Shown piece after piece: positions 18,121 to 29,830 of a DNA stretch of 64,000 nucleotides; within the stretch, counting starts at the first letter, position 1, and the number at the start of each line of letters is the position of its first letter. The notes under the pieces are model-generated. The model saw only the letters and a list, made by a program, of their open reading frames with translations. It had not been told where the DNA came from and did no database searches. A program made the position numbers and the translations under genes. This DNA is from an uncultured Acidobacteriota bacterium. Lineage in GTDB: Bacteria; Acidobacteriota; Polarisedimenticolia; JACPZX01. The stretch is from NCBI GenBank assembly GCA_964400605.1, contig CAYNUH010000003.1, forward strand, positions 50,370 to 114,369, written 5' to 3'.

Positions 18121-19032
18121 TCAAAAGGAGAAGATGACGCCGACCTCCGGGGCGAAGTCCTCCGCCTTCTTCGTGAGGCCGAAGCCGTTGTTCAGCTTCA
18201 GGACGGCACGCCTGCCGATGGTCAGCTGTGCCTCGCCGATGAGGCTTACCTCGTCGTCCTCTCCCTCCAGCGTGGCGACCCACCTCCATCTGGAGGACGT
18301 CCGCTTGAGATACTCGATCGCGTACTCCCCGGGTTCGGCCTGGCCGTCCTCCGCGTCGTACTTGATCGTGACCCGTCCGTTGAGAGTTCCCCACCGGAAT
18401 CCCCTGACCACGCCGAACCCGAGGGCTGTTTCCCAATCCTGGGTGCCGAGGATGAGGTCGTCCTTCTGCAGGGGAAAGACCACCTCCCAGTAGCTGTAGA
18501 GCATCGGTCGCTCTAGGGTCTCCTTGGCCCAGACCCAGCGTAGCTGGGATTGGACGTCACCGAGACCGGATTCCTTGATGCGATCCGGCACCCCCGACGG
18601 GTCGTCCGGGGCCTTCCTCAGTTCCGACGAGGCCCACACGGCGGCTTCGAACTCGAAGGCAAGGCGGTCCGAGATCCCGTAACCCAGGAAGATCAGGGCC
18701 TCGTGCTCCGTCTGCTTCCCAAGAAAATCCTCATCGCCGGCGAAGCCCAGCTCGCTTGGCTTGTACTCGGCTCCATTGCTGGTGGTGAATTCGTAGAACG
18801 GATACACCAGGAACTCACCGTCCTTCACGTACGTGCCGAACTGTGACGTGGGAATCCCCTCGCCGCGGTCCGCGAGGTAGGGGGGAGGATCGGCTGAACC
18901 CGCGAGCGCGGCGGACGCGCCTGACGTCGCGACGGCCGCGACGACCAGCCCAGCGGAGACCATCGCTCGCAAGCCCGCTCGTCTCCGCGGCGGGCGGTCG
19001 GACGGTCGGGGTCGGCCTCTCAGGGTAGTCAT
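18121..19032 (-). CDS. Outer-membrane beta-barrel protein (MipA/OmpV- or MetA-pathway-like)
   Basis: ATG with GGAGGAG RBS. Signal peptide 'MTTLRGRPRPSDRPPRRRAGLRAMVSAGLVVAAVATSGASA', alternating amphipathic beta-strands, and an aromatic C-terminus '...GVIFSF'. The track ORF is over-extended to 19287. Confidence 0.7.
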   Translation of the reverse strand: MTTLRGRPRPSDRPPRRRAGLRAMVSAGLVVAAVATSGASAALAGSADPPPYLADRGEGIPTSQFGTYVKDGEFLVYPFYEFTTSNGAEYKPSELGFAGDEDFLGKQTEHEALIFLGYGISDRLAFEFEAAVWASSELRKAPDDPSGVPDRIKESGLGDVQSQLRWVWAKETLERPMLYSYWEVVFPLQKDDLILGTQDWETALGFGVVRGFRWGTLNGRVTIKYDAEDGQAEPGEYAIEYLKRTSSRWRWVATLEGEDDEVSLIGEAQLTIGRRAVLKLNNGFGLTKKAEDFAPEVGVIFSF

Positions 19033-19187
19033 TTCCTGCTCCTCCTCTCGATCGCGTTCTCCCGGAGGGTGAGAGGGTCCAGTCCAGGGAAATCCTTCGC
19101 GCGTAGTGCGAGGCGGGGGGCTGGCGGGGGGCTGGCGGGGCGCAACCCCGTTTGTGGGGGAACCGTCTGGTGTAACGTAGGCGGCCC

Positions 19188-19750
19188 ATGATCGCGGCCG
19201 GCGCGCGTGTGGACGGGCTCGGCGCCGACCCCGAGGACTTCTCCGCCGACTGGAATGGCGCATGGGAGGGGAGCGCGCGGCGGACACCCGACGGCTGGAC
19301 CGCCGAGATCCGCATCCCCACCCGGATCCTGCGCTTCAGCCCGCATCGGAGTCCTGGGGGTTCAACGCGGAGCGCCGCGTTCTGCGCGACCGCACCACCC
19401 TGCGCTGGTCCGGTATCAGCCTGGACTCCCTGTTCTATGACGTCCGCCGCGCGGGCAGGCTTCGCGGCGTTCCGCAGCGGCGCGACGGCATCTCCTCCGC
19501 TTCTGGGGACGCGGGCGGGGAGGTCTACCAGCTCCGGTTCGGCCACTCCTACACACCCGATCTCAGCCTGGCGACCTTCATGCAGTTCGACTCGGAGTCG
19601 CGCGCTCTCGGCCTCAACGCCCGCCTGCGCTGGACGCTATCCCCGGGCGCCGACCTCTTCGTCGTCTGGAGCCGCGACGGTGACGCCCGCAGAGGCGGCC
19701 GGAGGCCTCCGGGCGGCGAGGGCCATGGGCAGGCATTCAGCCGGAAGTAA
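19188..19750 (+). pseudogene. Frameshifted remnant of a CBM9-like/DUF5916-family hydrolase
   Basis: The first frame gives the CBM9-like motif 'FSADWNGAWEGSARRTPDGWTAEIRIPTRILRF'. After a +1 shift near 19330-19345 a second frame gives 'GFNAERRVLRDRTTLRWSGISLDSLFYDVRRAG...LRWTLSPGADLFVVWSRDG'. Total length is only about 190 aa, versus about 800 aa for intact family members. Confidence 0.45.
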
Positions 19751-19770
19751 AGAATTTCAGTAAGTTTCAT

Positions 19771-19798
19771 TTGACGGGGCCGGATCTCACCGTAAATT
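19771..19798 (+). promoter_or_regulatory. Putative promoter TTGACG-N16-TAAATT in an AT-rich island
   Basis: 19741-19830 is strikingly AT-rich for this genome and lies about 100 nt upstream of the small ORF at 19896. Confidence 0.35.
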
Positions 19799-19895
19799 GA
19801 CGAGTGAACTGAATTCCGTCCAACGGGTTCCCTGGCCCCGGAACGAGCCGGGCGGCGGCCGGTCGCCGCCCTGCGACCACGAAAAGAGGCAGCGC

Positions 19896-20123
19896 ATGGC
19901 AGGGAAGGCCCCCGCTCCGAAGAAGACCGCGGAACGCTCCAAAGTCCGGAACGTCGAGGCCGTTCCGGACAGCGCGGCGGCCGGGAAGCCCCGCGAGATA
20001 TCTGGGGCTGCCGGCTACCCCGAGACCGCCGGCTCGCTCCTGGCGGAGAGCCTGATGGCGTCGCCCCTCGCGGGCGCCTCTCCGGACGGCGCACCGCCCG
20101 GCGAACCCCCCTACGACATCTGA
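19896..20123 (+). CDS. Small hypothetical protein (75 aa, Lys-rich N-terminus)
   Basis: ATG with AAGAGG 8 nt upstream. Sequence 'MAGKAPAPKKTAERSKVRNVEAVPD...'. No recognisable domain. Confidence 0.3.
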   Translation: MAGKAPAPKKTAERSKVRNVEAVPDSAAAGKPREISGAAGYPETAGSLLAESLMASPLAGASPDGAPPGEPPYDI

Positions 20124-21031
20124 GCAGGCGCCTCCGCGGGCTCGGCGGCCGTGTCGGGCTCCGGGTGGATCACGATGTCGGCGATCTGCGGGAAGCGGCG
20201 GCGCAGGTTCTCCTCGATCCGGTCGCAGAGCTCATGCGCCTCCTTCAGCGAGAGGTGCGGATCGAGAAGCACCGTAAGATCCAGGAAGACGGCGTCCTCG
20301 AACCCCCGGCTCCTGACGTTGCGGCACGACAGCGCCCCCGGGAAGGCGAGGGCGGCGGACTCGATCTCCGCCGTGTCGATGACGCGCCTGTCGGCGATCA
20401 CGTCGAGCCCCGAGGTCAGGATCCTGTAGCCCGCCACCACGATCACGCCGGCGATGGCCACGGCCGCGAGGGGATCGGCCCACCACAATCCGCCCCGTAT
20501 CATCACGATTGCGGCCAGCACTCCGGAGGAGGCGAACACGTCCGAGAGCGTGTGGCGGGAGTCGGCGATGAGGAACAGGGAGTGCAGCTCCCGGCCCCAG
20601 CGGGACTCGTACCGGGTGACGAAAACGTTCACCGCCAGCGTCCCCAGGACCGTGGCCACCGAAGCCCAGGAAGGATCCGGCAGGCTCCGCCCCCGCAGCC
20701 GCTCCATCGACGTGAGGAGAATCTCGAAGGCCGTCGCGAACAGAAGCATCGAGATCCCCATCGAGGCGAGGACCTCGAACTTCCGGTGGCCGTACTGGTG
20801 GTCCTCGTCGGGGGGCTTCGATGCCACCCGGAGGGCGATGAGGCCGACGATGTTCCCCGAGCCGTCCAGCAGCGAGTGGTAGCCGTCGGCCACGAGGCTC
20901 AGCGTGGCGGTCAGGGCTCCGACGAGGAGCTTCGCGCCGGCCACCACGAGGTTGAGGGCCAACGTCACCCAGAGGACCTTCCGGATCTGCCGGCCCCTTC
21001 GCGACGTTCCGGCGGCCAGGACGCTGTCCAC
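20111..21031 (-). CDS. Cation diffusion facilitator (CDF) family metal efflux transporter
   Basis: Six TM helices with metal-binding residues ('HSLLD' in TM2, 'HTLSD' in TM5) and a cytoplasmic C-terminal domain. Confidence 0.9.
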   Translation of the reverse strand: MDSVLAAGTSRRGRQIRKVLWVTLALNLVVAGAKLLVGALTATLSLVADGYHSLLDGSGNIVGLIALRVASKPPDEDHQYGHRKFEVLASMGISMLLFATAFEILLTSMERLRGRSLPDPSWASVATVLGTLAVNVFVTRYESRWGRELHSLFLIADSRHTLSDVFASSGVLAAIVMIRGGLWWADPLAAVAIAGVIVVAGYRILTSGLDVIADRRVIDTAEIESAALAFPGALSCRNVRSRGFEDAVFLDLTVLLDPHLSLKEAHELCDRIEENLRRRFPQIADIVIHPEPDTAAEPAEAPAQMS

Positions 21032-21034
21032 GCT

Positions 21035-22483
21035 TCATCCTCCGGCGAGGAACTCTTCCTCGGCCCGGGCGGCGGCGTCGATGAGTCGTCCGGGATCCCG
21101 CGCCATCTCGGCATCCCAGGAGCGCGCGAGGCGGCCGGCAGGGCAGCCGTCTTCATCGGCCAGCGATCGATCGAGGGGATCGAGGAGCCGCGTCTCGTCC
21201 GCGCCCGCCGGTACGAAGGCGGCGCCCGCCCGGGTCCCGGAAGACGCTCCCGCCGCCTCCTCCGGCGCGCCGCAGGATGCGAGACGAGTCAGCCCCTCAC
21301 GGGCGATCCGGCTGAGCTCGCGCGCCAAGTCGAGCGCCGTCTCGCCGCCCAGCCGCGCCTGTGGCCCTCGGGCGCACACATCGCCGTGGAAGGCGACCCG
21401 CCGTTCGTAAGGGATGTCCGCCACCAGAGCCCAGGCCCGGCTGCGTGCCGCACCGTCGTAAAGGATCCCTTTCCAAAGCGCGGCGAGCGCGAGGGCCAGC
21501 GCGGGGGAGACGCTGTCGGCTCCCCGGACCTCGATGTAGGTCTTGAGCCGCACCTCCGTGAAAATCGTGGTCAGGTGCAACGCCCAATCGGCGCGCGTGG
21601 CCTTCAGGCCGCCGTATCCATCCTCCAGGAACGCGCGGAAGGGTCTGCCGTCGAGCGCGACCCAGCGGTCCGGCCGCCGGATGAAGATCACGGGGACGCC
21701 CAGAGCGTACTCCGCGTAACGGCGGAACGAGAGGTCCTCCCGGAAGGCGAACGCCGGCAAGCCGCACCGCGCCGGGTCGGTATCGAGCCAGATGTGAGCG
21801 CGCCGCGTCGCGAAGCCGTTGAGGGCGGCGCCGTAGAGCGGGGAGTGGGCGAAGGCGGCCGTCACGACGGAGGCGATCCCCATGGCGGTCCTGATCTTCT
21901 CGGCGGCGTCCTCTTCGCCGCCGTAGTCGAGATTGATCTGGCAGCCGGCCGTTGCCTTCATCATGTGATGGGCGAGGGCCCCGCGCGCGGCGAGGAACGG
22001 CGCCATGATGGCGTAGCGCGCCTTGGGGACCCACTCGATCTCCTCGACGCGGGAGACGGGCTGCAGCCCGAGGGGCACCCAAGCCACGCCCAGGGGGGCG
22101 GAGGCGAAGGCCGTCTCGCGAAGGTGCGCGGCGAGCTCCTCCCGCAGGGATCGCAGGTGGTAATGGACGGCGGCGCTCAGCTCGATCTGGCCGCCGGGCT
22201 CCAGAGAGATCCGGCTCCCACCCCGGCTCAGCCCGATGACCCGCCCGGCCTCCTCTTCGCGCTCCCAGCCGAAGCGTGCCGACATCGCTCGCAGCACGGA
22301 TTCGACTCCCGGGCCGCCCGAGTAAGGGATGGCGCGTCCGGATGGCGCCAGCAGCCCGAGCCTCTCGTATTCCAGCCCGAGTCCCCACTCGTGGGGCGGC
22401 TTCCCGCCCGCGCGGAAGCTCTCGAGGATCTCCTCCTCGCCGTGGAGGGGTCCGTCGCCGGGCAGGGAGAGGGGGCCGGTCAC
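21035..22483 (-). CDS. gshA: Plant-type (group 3, GCS2 family) glutamate-cysteine ligase
   Basis: Motifs shared with Arabidopsis GSH1: 'ISLEPGGQIELS', 'CQINLDY', 'AHIWLDTD', 'HLTTIFTEVRLKTYIEVRGAD'. GTG start with GAAGGAAA RBS; the prior (spoVR) stop overlaps the RBS. Confidence 0.85.
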   Translation of the reverse strand: MTGPLSLPGDGPLHGEEEILESFRAGGKPPHEWGLGLEYERLGLLAPSGRAIPYSGGPGVESVLRAMSARFGWEREEEAGRVIGLSRGGSRISLEPGGQIELSAAVHYHLRSLREELAAHLRETAFASAPLGVAWVPLGLQPVSRVEEIEWVPKARYAIMAPFLAARGALAHHMMKATAGCQINLDYGGEEDAAEKIRTAMGIASVVTAAFAHSPLYGAALNGFATRRAHIWLDTDPARCGLPAFAFREDLSFRRYAEYALGVPVIFIRRPDRWVALDGRPFRAFLEDGYGGLKATRADWALHLTTIFTEVRLKTYIEVRGADSVSPALALALAALWKGILYDGAARSRAWALVADIPYERRVAFHGDVCARGPQARLGGETALDLARELSRIAREGLTRLASCGAPEEAAGASSGTRAGAAFVPAGADETRLLDPLDRSLADEDGCPAGRLARSWDAEMARDPGRLIDAAARAEEEFLAGG

Positions 22484-22493
22484 AGGGTTTCCT

Positions 22494-24005
22494 TCAGCGC
22501 GCCGCGGCGTCGGCGGCGGAGAGATCGGCGCTGTCCGACTCGGTGAGGTCCTTCCCATCGAAGGAGAGGATCTTCCCCTTGCCGTCCACCGCGGTCATCA
22601 AGTGCACTGGCCGCTGCCAGATCCGGTGCACGTTTTTGAGAGTCTCCCGGGCCCAGTCGATCTTGAGGTCGATTCCCTCGTGCCGGTGCAGTAGAAAGAG
22701 CTCGCCGCGGTTGCGGTGGTTGGCGTCGGTGACGTAGATGAACGGCTGGCCGTGGTTCGTGAGCTGGAAGAGGATCTGGGCCTTGATGGCCCTGAACTCC
22801 CGGCTCGCGATCTGATACTGGTTGGTCTTCTTGTTGTAGGCGTACGTGAAGAGCCGGTGCCGGGCGGCGAACTCCTCGGTGAGGAACGCGTCGATGAAGG
22901 TGACGTCGTTGTGGATGCGGCGCACCTCGAAGAGCTTCTCACGTCCGAGGCCCGAGGAGAGATCCCACTCCCGCTTGGCCCGCAGGTCCTCGCACTCGTC
23001 GTACTCCTTGCCGAACTTCCCCCTGTTCCACCGATCTTCGATGTCTTTGTAGAGCTCGAGCCCGAGCTTGTAGGGGTTGAGCCGGCCGGGGTGCCCCGCG
23101 ACGGTCCCGGAGTGGTGGTCGGCGTAGTCGATGACCTCCGAGTCGGTGAGGGCCTTCTCGGTCATGATCTTCGAGTGCCAGTACGTGGCCCATCCTTCGT
23201 TCATGATCTTGGTCTGCCCCTGCGGCGCGAAGTAGTACGCCTCCTCTCGGATGATGCCCAGAACTTCGCTCTGCCACGGCTCCAGCGGCGCGTTGTCCAG
23301 CAGGAACTTCAGCGCGTCGCGGACGGGCTCCTCGGGGTGCCGTCGCGCCTTCTGCCGCTCCTCCAGGATCTGCTTCTGCTGCTCTTCGAGGAAGCCGGGC
23401 GGGTTGATGAAGTTGCTCATGTAATCCTTGCTGCGGAGGCGCCGGGGCGAGGCTTCCTCTGCATCGTCCTCCCCCGGCGGCTCACGATGCCGCTCGCGCA
23501 CGATGAACGGCGAGTGCGGGTCGATGAGACTCTCCAGCGAAAGGCAGATGTCGATGAAATCCTCCACCGTCTCAACGGTGTGCTTTTCCATGAGCCGGCG
23601 GATGCGCGTGGCATGGTTCGCCATCACGTCCATCATCTTCCGGTTCGTCTTGGAGAACCACACGTTGTTCTTGAAAAAATCGGCGTGGCCGTACACGTGC
23701 GCCATGACGATCTTCTGATCGACGTCGGCGTTGGCCTCGAGCAGGTACGCGTAGCAGGGATTGTTGTTGATGACCATCTCGTAGATCTTGTGCAGCCCGC
23801 GCGCGTACGACTTGCTGAGGTGCTCGTACTCCATGCCGAAGCGCCAGTGCGGGTAACGGGTGGGATAGCCTCCCAAGGCCGCCACTTCGTTCATATGGTC
23901 GTAGCCGAGCACCTCGAAGATCACCTCGAAGAAGTCCAGCTCGTAGTCGAGGGCGTAGCGCCGGATCTCCTGCCTCAGGCTCTCCAGGTGGCGCGGCAGG
24001 TTCAT
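22494..24005 (-). CDS. spoVR: SpoVR/YcgB-family protein
   Basis: Full-length similarity to SpoVR/YcgB ('[18 protein letters not shown]', '[14 protein letters not shown]', '[14 protein letters not shown]'). The ATG overlaps the yeaH stop (ATGA). The track ORF is over-extended to 24308. Confidence 0.9.
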   Translation of the reverse strand: MNLPRHLESLRQEIRRYALDYELDFFEVIFEVLGYDHMNEVAALGGYPTRYPHWRFGMEYEHLSKSYARGLHKIYEMVINNNPCYAYLLEANADVDQKIVMAHVYGHADFFKNNVWFSKTNRKMMDVMANHATRIRRLMEKHTVETVEDFIDICLSLESLIDPHSPFIVRERHREPPGEDDAEEASPRRLRSKDYMSNFINPPGFLEEQQKQILEERQKARRHPEEPVRDALKFLLDNAPLEPWQSEVLGIIREEAYYFAPQGQTKIMNEGWATYWHSKIMTEKALTDSEVIDYADHHSGTVAGHPGRLNPYKLGLELYKDIEDRWNRGKFGKEYDECEDLRAKREWDLSSGLGREKLFEVRRIHNDVTFIDAFLTEEFAARHRLFTYAYNKKTNQYQIASREFRAIKAQILFQLTNHGQPFIYVTDANHRNRGELFLLHRHEGIDLKIDWARETLKNVHRIWQRPVHLMTAVDGKGKILSFDGKDLTESDSADLSAADAAAR

Positions 24006-25108
24006 CGGCCTCTCCCCAGGAATTCCTTGATGGAGCCGTAGATGGCTTCCTTGTTCTCGATCTGGCTCAGCGCCACCCGGGGCTCCGCGTCGAAGGCGTC
24101 CCTGAGGTCCTGCAGGAACTGCCCCGTGCCGTAAGGGCTCTCCACCTGGCCGTAGCAGAACAGATTCGCCATGGGAAGCAGGGACTCCCGGAGCTGTCGT
24201 ATGCACTCCTCGGTGTCGCCCTGCGACCAGTTGTCGCCGTCCGAGAAGTGGAACAGGTACACGTTCCATTCCTCGGGAGGGAACTCCTCGCGGACGATCT
24301 GCTCGCACAGCCTGTAGGCCGACGAGATGACCGTGCCTCCGGACTCGCGGGTGTGGTAGAAGGTTTCCTGGTCCACGACGCGCGCCTCCGCGTCATGGAT
24401 GACATAGCGCACCTCCAGGCCCCGGTACTGGCTGCGCAGCCACGTGTCGATCCAGAACGACTCGAGCCGGACGATCTCCTTCTGCTCATCGCCCATGGAT
24501 CCCGACACGTCCATCATATAGACGATGACCGCGGTCGTCTCCGGCTCGCGGTGCACCCGCCACGTGCGGTACCGGCGGTCCCGCCGGATGGGGACGATGC
24601 GCGGGCTGAGCGGGTCGTAGGAGCCCGAGGCGATCTGCCGCTTGAGGGCTTCCTTGTAGGTGCGTTTGCGGTGGCGCAGGCTCTCGGGGCCCGTGTTGGC
24701 GACGCCGGTGTAGCGGTCCTTCTCGGAGAGGATCTCTTTGCGGCCCTTGTGCCGTATGTCGGGCAGCTCCAGCTCCTCGCCCAGAATCTTCGCCAGCTCC
24801 TCCAGCGAGATGTCCACCTCGAGGATGTGCTCGCCCGGCGCGTCCCCCGCCCGCCCGGATCCGTCCTCGGGTTCCCCGAAACCGATGGGCTGGCCGAGGT
24901 CGCCGTCCCCCTGACCCACCCCGCCGCTCTGGCGCGGGCCGTACACGAAGCGGGGAAGCTCGATCTGGGGGATCGGGATGCTGATGAGGTCCTTCCCGCG
25001 GCGTCCGATCAGCTCGCCGTGGGTGATGTACTTCTTGAGGTTCTTCTTGATCCGGCCGCGCACGATCTGCTTGAACCGGTTCAGATCCTGATCGATCTTC
25101 AGGGCCAT
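24002..25108 (-). CDS. yeaH: YeaH/DUF444-family protein (vWA-like)
   Basis: '[12 protein letters not shown]...' and a C-terminal vWA-like region; the conserved partner of PrkA. Confidence 0.9.
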   Translation of the reverse strand: MALKIDQDLNRFKQIVRGRIKKNLKKYITHGELIGRRGKDLISIPIPQIELPRFVYGPRQSGGVGQGDGDLGQPIGFGEPEDGSGRAGDAPGEHILEVDISLEELAKILGEELELPDIRHKGRKEILSEKDRYTGVANTGPESLRHRKRTYKEALKRQIASGSYDPLSPRIVPIRRDRRYRTWRVHREPETTAVIVYMMDVSGSMGDEQKEIVRLESFWIDTWLRSQYRGLEVRYVIHDAEARVVDQETFYHTRESGGTVISSAYRLCEQIVREEFPPEEWNVYLFHFSDGDNWSQGDTEECIRQLRESLLPMANLFCYGQVESPYGTGQFLQDLRDAFDAEPRVALSQIENKEAIYGSIKEFLGRGR

Positions 25109-25249
25109 CGCCTTGACCTCGAAGCTTCAGGCCGGACGGCGCCGCGTCGGCGCATCTCGAACGCGGCCCGAGGGTTAGACGAAAGTATAATGCCGTGCCG
25201 TGGACCCGGCAAAGAAGACCGGCTCAGCGGGGGGTCAGGGGGAGGCGCG

Positions 25250-25945
25250 ATGCCGAGAAGAGACGGCCAGACGATGGGGCTGCTCGCAGAGATGGCGGCT
25301 CGGGCCCGCCTGGGGCGGGACAGGGGCCTGTCGCCCCTGGCTGCCGCTCCCCTGTTCGGGCCGGTGCTGAAGGCCGCCTCCGAGATGGCGGGCATCCTGC
25401 CGGACGACAACGTCGTCATCCTGGGGGCGTCGGACCTCAGGCCGGCGCCGTGGATTGCGCCGGCGTGCCGCCGGCTCATGATCGTGGACGACCTCCCGGA
25501 GCAGACGCTCACCCGCCTGGAGGAGGATCAGCGCTCGCGCGGGCTCGACAACGTGCGCTTTCAGTGGGGGAGGGCGCGGGTGATCCCGACGCCTCAGTAC
25601 ACGACCGACAGGATACTATCCATCAACTACCTCTTCCGGTCCCGCGACCCCGCCGTGGTGATCCGGCAGATGCACTGGACGTGCCGCCACGGATCCACGG
25701 TCGTGTGCTGCGAGCCTTCGGCCAGCCTCAACGCGCGCACGGCGCGCAAGTACTCCCGGGAAGCCGAGTTGCCCATGGAGGATCACCGCGCGCTGGTTTC
25801 CTACGCGCGGGCGGCGGCGGCGTACCGAGGGTTCACGAGCGAGGGGCTGGGGGCGCTGCTGGCGGGGGCCGGGATCCAGGACATCGAGGTCCGAGAACTC
25901 CTTCACGGCCTCGTGCTGGCGGCGCGCGGCTCGGTGCGGCTCTGA
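25250..25945 (+). CDS. Putative class I SAM-dependent methyltransferase-like protein, opposite strand, inserted between prkA and yeaH
   Basis: ATG with GGGGGAGG RBS and a perfect TATAAT about 60 nt upstream. Motifs 'VVILGASDL' (motif I-like), 'DNVRFQWGRARVIP' (motif II-like) and 'DRILSINYLF' (motif III-like). Only this C-terminal 232 aa of track ORF 24248..25945 is believed. Confidence 0.5.
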   Translation: MPRRDGQTMGLLAEMAARARLGRDRGLSPLAAAPLFGPVLKAASEMAGILPDDNVVILGASDLRPAPWIAPACRRLMIVDDLPEQTLTRLEEDQRSRGLDNVRFQWGRARVIPTPQYTTDRILSINYLFRSRDPAVVIRQMHWTCRHGSTVVCCEPSASLNARTARKYSREAELPMEDHRALVSYARAAAAYRGFTSEGLGALLAGAGIQDIEVRELLHGLVLAARGSVRL

Positions 25946-25975
25946 ACGAGATCCTTCGTCTGGGCGGGAGGGCCG

Positions 25976-28045
<2,070 letters not shown>

Positions 28046-28126
28046 GAGCGATTGCCTCCCGTAGGTCCCTCGTCGGTGTGGAGCGGCGTGAGTTCGTCAC
28101 GCCGCGCCGGCGAGCGAACGCCGATA

Positions 28127-28155
28127 AATCTAGGTCAGTATCCGGAGGTTGTCAA
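28127..28155 (-). promoter_or_regulatory. Near-consensus sigma70 promoter TTGACA-N17-TAGATT upstream of prkA; 5'-UTR hairpin GGCGTGAcgaacTCACGCC
   Basis: Read on the minus strand. The -35 contains the anti-sigma gene stop codon. A perfect 7-bp stem / 5-nt loop lies about 25 nt downstream of the -10, and GGGAGG sits 9 nt before the prkA ATG. Confidence 0.5.
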
Positions 28156-28784
28156 AAAAGCCGACGAAGCCGACGGCCTACCCGCCGCGCCGGTCCCGCG
28201 AGCGCGACGCCTCCGACAAGCACAACCCCCGAGAGGAGAAGGGTGGCCAGTAGCGCGCCGAGGAGGAAGGCCGCGATCGCGACGTGGGGCGCCACCGGCC
28301 CCGCCCCTCCCGGAACAGAGCCGGCGGTCCCGAGCAGCCCCTCCACGAGGCTGGAGGGGGAGGGGACGAGGCGCGAGAGCAGCCCGACGAGACGCTCGGA
28401 GACCATATCGAGATCCGTCAGCTCGCCCAGGCCCTCCACCAGCCGCAGTCCTCGCTCCCAACCCGGACCGGACGGCGACCACCCGAAGGCGATCACCGCC
28501 ACGAGCACGCCGAGCGAGCCCCACTTGAGGGAGCCGCGGTCGGCGGCACGCCGCCTCAGGCGCCGCAGCGTGGAGAGCACGTCGCCGGCGAAGTCGCGAG
28601 GAGGAACCGGCGTCTCGAGATCTCTGAGGGCGCGGAGGACCTCGCGCCCGGCGTCCGCCGTCTCGGCGCAGCCGGAGCACGCCGAGAGGTGCTTCCCGGT
28701 TTCGAAAGCTTCCACGCAATCCACCTCCTGCTCGAGGTAGAAGGGGAGAACGCTGCGGGCCCGCGCGCAGGGTGCCGTGCTCAC
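28152..28784 (-). CDS. Membrane-anchored zinc-finger (ZAS, zf-HC2) anti-sigma factor
   Basis: The GTG start overlaps the sigma gene stop (GTGA). 'CVEAFETGKHLSACSGC' gives C-x9-H-x3-C-x2-C, which matches the ZAS HxxxCxxC signature. A single TM helix ('WGSLGVLVAVIAFGW') and a C-terminal TM/extracytoplasmic segment follow. Confidence 0.75.
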   Translation of the reverse strand: MSTAPCARARSVLPFYLEQEVDCVEAFETGKHLSACSGCAETADAGREVLRALRDLETPVPPRDFAGDVLSTLRRLRRRAADRGSLKWGSLGVLVAVIAFGWSPSGPGWERGLRLVEGLGELTDLDMVSERLVGLLSRLVPSPSSLVEGLLGTAGSVPGGAGPVAPHVAIAAFLLGALLATLLLSGVVLVGGVALAGPARRVGRRLRRLF

Positions 28785-29389
28785 TCGATCGCCCTCCGCA
28801 GCATCTCGCGAGCGCGAAAGACCCGGTTCTTGACCGTGCCGAGCGGCAGCTTCGTCACGAGAGCGATCTCGTCGTACCGGAGGCCCGCCTGGAAGCGAAG
28901 AAGGATGACTCGCCGGTAGGAGGGGGGCAGGTCGGCCAGTGCGGCTTCGATCCTCTCGCGCGTTTCCCGCGCTGTGAGCATGTCGTCGGGGCCCGGATCC
29001 GTGGAAGCGATGAGCGCCGAGCCGTCCTCGTCGCCCACGCCGAGATCGTGCAGCGATCGATCTTTTTTCTTCCGGCGCTTGCGATCCACGGCGGCGTTGG
29101 CGGCGATCCGGTAGAGCCACGTCTTGAAGCGGAAGGCGGGATTGAACTGCTCGAGGCAGGAGAAGACTTTGATGAAGACTTCCTGCGTGAGGTCGGCCGC
29201 CTCGTCCGGATCGCGCGTCATCCTCAGCAGGAAGGCGTACACGCCGTGCTGGTGACGGCGGACGAGCGACTCGAAATCCCCGCCGCGTCCCGCGAGGATG
29301 TCCGCGACGAGCGATTCGTCAGATTTCGGGTCACCCGACGGCGTCGGCAGGATGGCAGGTCGTGACTCTGCCGCCCGCGTGGCTCCCAT
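28781..29389 (-). CDS. ECF (group IV) RNA polymerase sigma-70 factor
   Basis: Sigma70_r2 ('YAFLLRMTRDPDEAADLTQEVFIKV') and Sigma70_r4 ('LPPSYRRVILLRFQAGLRYDEIALVTKLPLGTVKNRV') regions. Confidence 0.85.
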   Translation of the reverse strand: MGATRAAESRPAILPTPSGDPKSDESLVADILAGRGGDFESLVRRHQHGVYAFLLRMTRDPDEAADLTQEVFIKVFSCLEQFNPAFRFKTWLYRIAANAAVDRKRRKKKDRSLHDLGVGDEDGSALIASTDPGPDDMLTARETRERIEAALADLPPSYRRVILLRFQAGLRYDEIALVTKLPLGTVKNRVFRAREMLRRAIE

Positions 29390-29448
29390 CGAACCCCCTG
29401 CGTGCCCCAACCCGAGCCGGCCTACCGGGTTAGAAGCAGCGGCTCTTG

Positions 29449-29476
29449 ATACGCGATGGACCGGGGAGTTGTTTCA
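29449..29476 (-). promoter_or_regulatory. ECF-type (sigmaW-like) promoter TGAAAC-N17-CGTATC upstream of the ECF sigma gene
   Basis: Minus-strand 'TGAAACaactccccggtccatcgCGTATC' lies about 55 nt upstream of the sigma ATG and resembles the TGAAAC-N16-CGTA ECF consensus; this suggests autoregulation. Confidence 0.4.
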
Positions 29477-29830
29477 GTTTTTTCACTCTGTCCGCGCGGC
29501 TTTTCCGGGCGCGTCAGGGCCTTGACGGAGGCGCCTCGCGCCTGAATCAACCACCCGCCGACTGAAGCCTCGCAAGCCACGTCGTGGACGGCGCTTATGA
29601 CACGCGGTCCCCGCCGGGCGTTCATGGCTCCCGGCTTGCATAGTCGGAGGCGGGAGGAAAGACCATGGCAGAATCGGTTCGCCGTTTCCACTGGATAGTG
29701 ACTTCCTTCGCCGACTACACCCGACGCCTGCTCGCGACCGCCCCTCACGCCCGCTTCTTCTGACCGTCGGCGCTGTCGGCGCTGTCGGCCGGAGGGGCTC
29801 GACGGCGGGGGTGAGCTCGCCCCAAATCCC

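Noticed and set aside
20165-22546. 793-aa plus-strand ORF
   Set aside because: Antisense to the CDF and glutamate-cysteine ligase genes.
24248-25249. N-terminal two-thirds of the 565-aa plus-strand ORF
   Set aside because: Antisense to yeaH. Only the C-terminal 232 aa, downstream of a good RBS and a TATAAT box, were kept as the methyltransferase-like gene.
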